A DNA stretch of 64,000 nt from Kondoa subrosea (lineage: Eukaryota). The notes under the pieces are model-generated. The model made no database searches. It saw only the letters and a program-made list of their open reading frames with translations, and had not been told where the DNA came from. The DNA lies in the NCBI GenBank assembly GCA_039545335.1, contig BCIN01000007.1:558001-622000 (forward strand), written 5' to 3'. Of the stretch, positions 54,748-64,000 are shown piece by piece (position 1 is the first letter of the stretch; each line of letters begins with the position of its first letter). The position numbers and the translations under genes are program-made.

Positions 54748-55240
54748 CAATGATATTGCTCTCATCAAGTCGGACCGCTACAAAACAAGAATGGGCGCAG
54801 CAATATATCGAGCTTGTCACTTATTTCGTGCTGGAAGCAACCATCTTTATCTTCCCAAATTTCCTCCCGACTATCTGATGCAAAACTTCCGTCTTTCTTC
54901 CTTCTTCTCTTGCTCTCCTCTTCGAATGTTCTGTCGGAGTATACGTGCCAAAGCTCTTTCTTACTGTTTTTTTTTTCGTGAGATCTGGTTAAGACATCCA
55001 GAGCTCTGATTTAAGAAGCTGTGCAAGATATCGGAACATTCGAGAAGTATTGCGGAGTCATGGAGGAGAGTGGATAAGTGTTCGATGTGGTAATTTCGCC
55101 GGCAACTGCAAGTGGGAAATCAGGCCGAAAGAATAAACGAGAATTGCATGAAGATGTCGATGGATTTGTGGCAAACAGTGCTAACGTATGCGTAACATAA
55201 ATACAGTGTAAACGTCCATAATAATACCTTGACATCCTGC

Positions 55241-56390
55241 TTACTTAGCCTCACTCTTCTTCTCTTCCGTTTTCCAAGGTCCTTTATCCGACTTCATACA
55301 TCCTCCTTCCTCTTCGCAAGTACACTTCCCACCATATTCGACAGATAATTGATTCGCATCAATATCTTCCAGCAACGAATCAAAGTACCCGCCCAGGATT
55401 GAGATTTTCGCTACTGTTGTTGGATCTAGGAAATATTTGGAAGCGTTAAAAACTTGCGAGAAGCCCCCTGTTGGAAAGGATAATCAGGTATAGAACATGA
55501 GATTTTCGAAAGAAAGACAAACAAGGTGCATTGAGGATGTAGAACTTGTGCAGCCTTTTCGGCAAACATAGAGCAGATATGTTGGCGACTGTAGAAAGAA
55601 GTCAGCAACGAATCAACGAAAGCTGAAATTGTTCTGCCCCTATCTACCTTGCTTGACCAAATGAAAGACACTCGGTATAGAGCTTAGCCAAAGACCCTTG
55701 AGATCGAAAATGACTGTTCGTACAGGAAGTGCACGCGTAAGCTTTATTCAAGCTGAGCAAGCAATTTACGGACCATTGAAAGTTTCTATGAGATGTCCAA
55801 ATGTCCTTGAACAGGCTGGTAATCGTTTCTGCTCTAGTTGCTCGTACGAGAAGACCAAAGATCGGAGCAATTCATCTTCATCGGCGACAAGCAATCTGTT
55901 CGTTTATGCCCTGAAGTTTTCAGCGTGTGCTGATGGCTTCTGGAACTGACGAACAGTTTACCAAAATCCACTTGTCCAACCTTTTCGATATAAATAGGTC
56001 TACCCTCTTTATCGACACCATGGTAATACCTAGGATACAACTCTTCCACTTGTTGCGCCTTCTCTGGGTCTAAAGCTTTACCAGGACCGAATTCAGTTCT
56101 CCAATCTTCAGATTCTTTGAACAATGCTTGGGCTTCTTCAACGTTGAAGTCTTTCTTTCGTAAGAACCTTAGCTATAGCAGACATACACAATGAGATTGA
56201 GAGAAACAAAGATGGATAGGAGAGTGCAAACAAGGGAAAGCGTGTCCAAGCGTTGTGTGTACTCAGCCTTGATCAAATGGCTCCGTAATTCAGTCAGAGC
56301 AGTCTCTTGATTCATTGAGAGATTTCCATAGCATCCAGGCTCATCAGAATTCAAGGGGAAGTCATAATCGTCATATTGGCTCGAAGACAT
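55241..56390 (-). CDS. SEC14: Sec14 / CRAL-TRIO phosphatidylinositol transfer protein
   Basis: PGCYGNLS, LRFLR, WRTEFG, YPRYYHGVDKEGRPIYIEKVG, RLPACS, YYPERM-like region, KISILG, LSEYGGKC. Confidence 0.9.
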
Positions 56391-56676
56391 GTTGCGCTGA
56401 GCCAGGAGCAGAGAGGAGGGGCTCAGAAGCTAGACGTGGGTGTCAAAACGAGGATCGGGTATAGCCAGGCTTCAGATATGCAGAATCTTACAAGTGGCAG
56501 TTGCGGCAAGACTTGACGAATTTCGCAGACGCTTCTTGCTCCTGAACCATGTTCTAGTTTTGTTCTCGCTTTTCCTCTGCACTGGTCACCTGCCTAGCCT
56601 GCCTACCGACCTCTGCGAACAATGTAAGTGTCTGCGCATTGCTCTTTGTCAAATTTTCTGTCAGCTTCCTCTGGCT

Positions 56677-56775
56677 ACGATGAAATACTTGTATCAAAAA
56701 ACAATCAAACTAGAGTTTCTGTACTCACAATAATCGTTGTGAGATTGATGAGAATCGTGCAAATCTTCTCTCTGA
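56677..56775 (+). ncRNA. snR78: Box C/D snoRNA snR78-like (25S Um2421 guide)
   Basis: C box ACGATGA and D box CTGA (56772). The guide TCAAACTAGAGT is complementary to conserved 25S ACUCUAGUUUGA. Intronic. Confidence 0.8.
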
Positions 56776-56921
56776 GCTCAGTCCTTTCGACTTTTTCTTG
56801 AATTGTCAAAACTTTTTTATGAGATTGAATAGCGATACTGATTTGATTTCAGTTCTTGACAGGCTTCTATAGGTGTGTAACACTTTCATTGACTTTCGAC
56901 ATCTTGCTGTCCTCTCTTCAA

Positions 56922-56988
56922 ATGATGAAAATCAAGCAAACATATGGAATTAGTGGGTGATGCGACCTCTCGTGTCAGCATGTACTGA
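56922..56988 (+). ncRNA. Box C/D snoRNA snR77-like (18S Um578 guide), possibly degenerate
   Basis: C box ATGATGA. TGGAATTAgTGG resembles the guide to 18S GGUAAUUCCA with one mismatch. It sits in the intron right after snR78. Confidence 0.5.
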
Positions 56989-57229
56989 TCCTTGTTTGTA
57001 ATTGTCCACAGCCGTCAGACAGACATTGCGTACGCGCTTTGCCGCTTGGTGTGAAATTGGCTCTTTACGCACTGAATCACTTTCTTCTTGAACAAGCTAT
57101 TCAAAGCCAGTACAGAATACTGATCATGATCAATACTGTACAGTGCTCCTTCGTGTTGATGAACATACGAAACACCGATCATGTAAGCCTCTCACTTGAT
57201 TCACCTCTCTTCCTTTTCTTTTCTTTTTG

Positions 57230-57324
57230 GTGATGAGCACTTCTACAATATCACGACGGTCTTCGTAGTCAAAAGCAAAGACGAAAACGCTGGCCACTAA
57301 ACCATTTTTTCCAGCACACTCTGA
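57230..57324 (+). ncRNA. snR73: Box C/D snoRNA snR73-like (25S Cm2959 guide)
   Basis: C box GTGATGA and D box CTGA (57321). The guide TCACGACGGTCT is complementary to conserved 25S AGACCGUCGUGA. Intronic. Confidence 0.8.
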
Positions 57325-57622
57325 TTATTCCTTGATTCCTTCCATCGATATCATTGTGATGGATCAAGTATGCTCATTGTGATTTTCGCACGAACAGGTT
57401 CCCCTTTTCGTCTTGGTCTATACGGAGCGGAGATAAATGTAGGGAAAGATATGTGTAGTATAAATCTGTACATTTGCAACGAACGCAATAAAATAACTAA
57501 AAACTGTCTCGAGTCTAACAATTTCCAAATGCTATGTGAAGATGATGCGAACTGATAACAATGATGCCTAACAAATTAGAAGAGAGAAGAAGGAAGTGAT
57601 ATATCTCGAGAGATTGTCCTTT

Positions 57623-59468
<1,846 letters not shown>

Positions 59469-59860
59469 GATTGGCAAATGTAAGTAATTGAGATATGTTC
59501 GGATTGAGAAGAGAGCGAAGAGCTGCCAAAAAGCCAAAGGCAACTCACAAAGGGAAGGTTCGCACTTGTGCTAAACGACAACGAATAGAGCTCTTCTGCT
59601 GAGTTGGAAGATGGATTCTTGAGCGAGAATTAATTGGAGCAGGGAATGTAGCTTCTTGGCTGAGAAGAGCGACACTGGGACAGCGCGTGTGCAATTGGTG
59701 AACGAGTGTGAGGCGTAGAGAGGTGCAACTGAAGCTACAAGGGCAGGCGGAAATTATAACAAGCAAACAAAAGAAGATAGACGGATCAAGACAAGAGGTC
59801 TCGAAATTGGTTTGGTCCAGCGTCAAGGCTCCTGTCCGGTTGGTCTAGCAGACTCTCTTG

Positions 59861-60676
59861 ATGGCCTCCAAGTGAGAAACCACGCGTTCTCCTCGTCTCT
59901 CACGCTCAGACCTATGTCGAAGGAACGAATCCATCAAAGCCGGAGCAGGCGCTATCATCGCTTTGGAAGCTGATATAAGAGGCGAAGTGACTGTAGGTGA
60001 GTCTCTCCTCACGGGTGGTCACTTTTTCTTCAGCTTACGATGGGCTCAAGGCGCGGGAGCTGTCTTACATCCTCGATGCAATGTCTTGGCTATCTCTGGT
60101 CCTATTATCATAGGTGACAACTGTATAGTAGAGGAAAACTCCATCTTGCTTAACAGGTTTGTCTTCTCGTCATTGAATGTTGTTGTATCTCATCTTTTCG
60201 ACACAGATCGAATGTACCTATGATCATTGGACCCTCAAATCTCTTCGAAGTAGGCTGTCGTGCGTCCCTATATACTCTGCTCTTTTAGAACATTTAGTCG
60301 ACATCATTCACAGGTATTGAAGCTACTACAGTAGGAGCCAACAACATCTTCGAACCCAAATCTCGTGTTCCATCCAATATCAAGATCTCAGATTGGTGCC
60401 AGATAGGAGCAGCCTGCGTCGTCTTACCAAGCACTGATTTAGAAGAAGACGCAAGCGAAACTTTACCTTCTCGAACGGTCATTTATGGATCAGGTCAGAG
60501 GAGGATGTGGTCTGGCGAAAACAAGCTTCAAGCTCAAGCATTACATGTCAAGCAGTTGGAAGCATTGCGAGAGGTGAGTCTAATGGAGATCGATGATAAA
60601 AGGATGTGCATTAAATGACATTATAACTATATAGAATTTACCAAGATACCTCAAACTCCGTCCAATTGCTCCCTGA
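59861..60676 (+). CDS. DCTN6: Dynactin subunit 6 (p27), left-handed beta-helix
   Basis: EADIRGEVTVGAGAVLHP, GPIIIGDNCIVEE, MIIGPSNLFEVGC, TVIYG, QLEALRE.LP.Y. Confidence 0.88.
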
Positions 60677-60686
60677 AAAGCGTTAC

Positions 60687-61665
60687 TCAACAAACAACAT
60701 ACACTTTTTCACTCTCACATCCATCCAAATCTAAAGGTCTAATCATCTTCCCTCTTCTTTTGGCAACCAATGGAGATGGTTTTGAACAACATTTGAAATC
60801 CATAGAATCATCACTTTGTTTCCTCTTCTTGACACAACTGATAATAGGAGCCAATTTACTTCCTCCTTTGGAACGATATTCTTCCATTCTACTTCTGGAT
60901 CGATCGGCCAATCTCAGTGCTTGAGTTAAAGAAATTGATGCAAGAGAAGGTGAAGTCAATCCTCTTCTTAAATCAACAACTGGTTCTTCTACTTGTTGCT
61001 GAGGGAAGACTCGAACGCTTCTTGCAACTGTTGTGGAGATTTGAATTCGCTGTTCTCCGGCTGGTTGGGGGAGGTATCGATGTGGAGCAGAGGAAGAAGA
61101 GACTGTTTGACTTCGTTGGCGTGTGAGAGAAGGAGTGAGACGGATGGTACTGACGTCTGGTAATGCTGTTGCTGAACCAAGTTGAGCTTCGGACATTGCG
61201 AAAGGTGAAACCAGGACTGGTGAAGGAAGTAAATAAGGCAAAGAAGGTCGTTTGATTGGCGTTTGGTCCATTGAGACTTTTGGTGCTGGGAATTGGTATG
61301 AATTGAGCAAAGATGAGATTGGAATCGATGGAGCTGAAGAATGAACTGGAGATAAAGGAAATCGTGGTTGCTGTGCTTCATTGTTTGATTGGGCCATTAT
61401 CAGAGCCAATGCAATAGCTGAAGGCTTCGTGTCTGTTAAATGACGCGTCACAAATCAGCATTCCGATCATCTAATTAAGCGAAAAAAGTGCAAACTGACC
61501 TTCACTGATGGCTAATTTTCTGCGAATTGGCATAGGCTTGATGTTACGTGTTGACAGATGAAAGGCTTGTGAGAGTGAGCGTGACGTATTTGATGGAGTT
61601 TGAAAACGTTGTGAGCTTGAAGAAGAGCAATTGCTGAAGTCCGATTTGTGCAGAGTTGAGGCCAT
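60687..61665 (-). CDS. Hypothetical low-complexity Ser/Pro-rich protein
   Basis: A 254-aa ORF plus a spliceable upstream exon from MASTLHK. No recognised domain. Confidence 0.55.
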
Positions 61666-62116
61666 AGCGAACAATGGCTTGATGACAAAAGGTTGATGTT
61701 GAAGGATCAAGCAATGGGAGTCAGCGAAAGAGAGGCCTTTGACTGCTAAATGGATCGGGGCGATGGATGTGGCTTCGAGCGTTCTCTAGAATGGGGAAGA
61801 AGTATAGCGTGACAATGCAAGATGATTCGTATGCTGCGCAGTAGCAGGAGAGCAGATGTAGAAGCAGACGACGAGAGCAAAGACAGAGCGAGATATATAC
61901 AACGCGAAAGTTCAAAGAATCAAAAGACCAAGTCAAGGCCATTGTTGACAGTACAATAGGGCGAGTTTCGAAAGCGAAGTCAAAGCACACAGCATAGCGC
62001 AGGACAATAGGTCTTGCTTCTGAGTAGCCAAGAAGCATATCTCACAGAGGCAAAGTCACGGAACAGGACAAGTGTTCGAAATTTCTCATGTCGACGAAAA
62101 ACCGCCAATACACAAG

Positions 62117-62688
62117 ATGAGCACTGGTCTGATCAATCCTGATTCGCAAGGGACAGTAGAGATTGTGCGGTCTCTCATATTTGGTTGGCTATCAAGCTGA
62201 ATTCGCTTGCTCGCGAAAACAGCTACCTGGTCATGAAGAAGATTACTCTGCCTGTACATTTGTCCTGACTAAAGAGGATCACACTTTGGGCAATACTCTC
62301 AGATATATGCTCATGCAAAAGTCAGTGAGGAATTGCTATGCATTCAGTCTCGCGCTGACACTGATAGTTCTGTTTCTTCGACAGCCCTCAAGTTGAATTC
62401 TGTGGTTACTCTGCGCCGCATCCTTCTGAAGACAAAATTCATCTTCGAATACAAATGTATGATCGTCAAAATGCAATAGATGCTTTGATTCAAGCTTGCA
62501 AAAATCTGGAAGACATGGCTGATGTGATGGGAAAGAAGTATCAAGAAGCTCTGGACAGGAATGATTACACCGTCGTGGAGAGCGAAGAACCGGTTGTAGA
62601 TTGGGATACAGTGAAAGCGAAAGCAAGGGAATCTAGGGCGGAAAAGGCAAAGGCAGAAAGGCAGAAAGAGGAGGCAGCAAGGAGGTAG
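62117..62688 (+). CDS. RPC19: RNA polymerase I/III subunit AC19
   Basis: CTFVLTKEDHTLGNTLRYMLM..PQVEFCGYSAPHPSEDKIHLRIQ. Confidence 0.93.
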
Positions 62689-63219
62689 CGCTTGCCTCGG
62701 ACTGATGTATAAGTAAGTCTCTGAGTACTCTGGAGAAGATTCTATTTGCTGATTTCATTTTAACAGTACTATATCCACAAGCATATATACCTAAATTGGA
62801 ATGACTTTTGAAAGATTCTGGATGCTTAGCTTTCACAACTCATCGGCAGCAGGCGGAGCTGAAGCGTTTCATTGATGCAACCAATACACTTCACGCCCTT
62901 CGGATATCTCTAGTTCTCCAGCAATAGCTCGCGGTGAACTGGAGTCATGCGTTTGTTCAGGAAGAAAGCCGTGTATTGGTTCTCACATTCACACGAAAGG
63001 AAGCTAAATGAGCTCATTGGAAAGGAATAGAAAGGGCGAAGGGTCAGACATATGTCAAGTCTTGCTCGTGCTTCCTGCAGATTCAATCCGCCCAGCGCCA
63101 ACGAGATTGATAGTAATCTATGCTTGAGCTGTGATATCACTGCAGCCCTGGTATATCTGTTTTCATTACTTGGCTGTCCAAAATATGTATATCGGATCTG
63201 CGGTCAATTTCCAGCATTT

Positions 63220-64000
63220 TTACATCCATTCCAGTACAACCTCGTTTTCCGCTGCCAGGTCCTATAGACAGATCAGCTTCAGCAGAATGCTGGGCGTAGC
63301 ACTCACCACTAGCTTGGCTTTCTCTACTTCCGTGTCACACATCGCTCTATCCAAATGCAGAGACCTCAATCTCTTATGCTTCAAAATCAGATAAAAGATA
63401 TAACCCAGATTAATTTGACTGTTGCGAAGGGCCAATTGAAAGACGCATTTGGGAAGATGATGCAGAGCAGCAGCGTAAAATATTGGTCCTGTAACGTCCA
63501 ACACTTGCAAACGATGTAATGATTTGATCCACAGTGAATCAGCTTGGTCCAAAGAGTCTTCGTCTTCCACACTCAAATGTAGCCTCTTTACCTGGCGACA
63601 ATTTTTCACGATGCATTGTACCAGATCTGACGTAGTCAATCCAGAAAGCCATTCACATCTGAGTTTATAGAAGGTGCCAGGCATAGACTTGAGAAGACTT
63701 TGAAGCAAGACCGGAGAAGTATTAATGTTTGAAAGATTGAGTTCAGATACAGAATTGGTAGCTTGCGGAAGAGCCAAAACAGATGTGGCATCGATTGATT
63801 CATTATGCCCATTGATCGTAAACTTCCTTATCGATTTTTCCTTGAGGAGTGTGAAAATATCCCTCCATGCGAATGTTTGAAGCGGACTAGGTGTTTCATC
63901 GTTGTTAATTATAGTCAAGTTCATAAGTCGGTGTAATCCCATCAGAGATTGCAGCCAGGCTTGCCGCGAGAAAGATGGGAATGCGTACAGCCGAAGCTCA
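63220..64000 (-). CDS. LRR-like protein, 3' part (paralog of 53579..54747); 5' end lies outside the window
   Basis: NLGYIFYLILKHKRL vs ELGYIGLLMARHKGL. The last intron is in the same position and the tails match (DLAAENEVVLEWM vs RLAEEYEVDLKWNWD). Confidence 0.75.

Larger units (their letters stand above)
56560..57470 (+). ncRNA. Putative non-coding snoRNA host transcript (4 introns, tiny exons)
   Basis: Donor/acceptor pairs at about 56624-56852, 56873-57011, 57030-57143 and 57183-57397. No meaningful ORF in the exons; C/D motifs lie within the introns. Transcript ends are approximate. Confidence 0.7.

Overview
Gene-dense, intron-rich eukaryotic DNA with short GT-AG introns, CTRAY branch points and many micro-exons. 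The gene content and intron density point to a basidiomycete fungus (lineage is inference). About 29 spliced protein-coding genes can be reconstructed by hand: GPI8, a twin-CX9C NDUFAF8-like gene, TOR, UBC4, KGD2, a PPIE-like RRM protein, URK1, an HCNGP/SAP30BP-like gene, an OMA1-like M48 protease, COX4, two MFS transporters, an auxin-efflux-carrier family gene, PIG-P, a zinc-ribbon protein, SPC34, SEC14, a Fus3/Kss1-type MAPK, DCTN6, RPC19, two orphans and four paralog pairs. The most notable observations are: (i) a non-coding multi-intron snoRNA host gene (snR78/snR77/snR73-like) between SEC14 and the MAPK; (ii) a tandem duplication of a minimal HSF-domain gene whose junction carries a decayed copy of the COX4 upstream region and exon 1; (iii) an OMA1-like protease with a very long basic N-terminal extension carrying three LYCxH motifs and repeated RxFS(S/T) motifs; (iv) a TOR FATC domain lacking one of the two canonical cysteines. 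Gene spans include introns and were read by eye, so ends may be off by a few bases.
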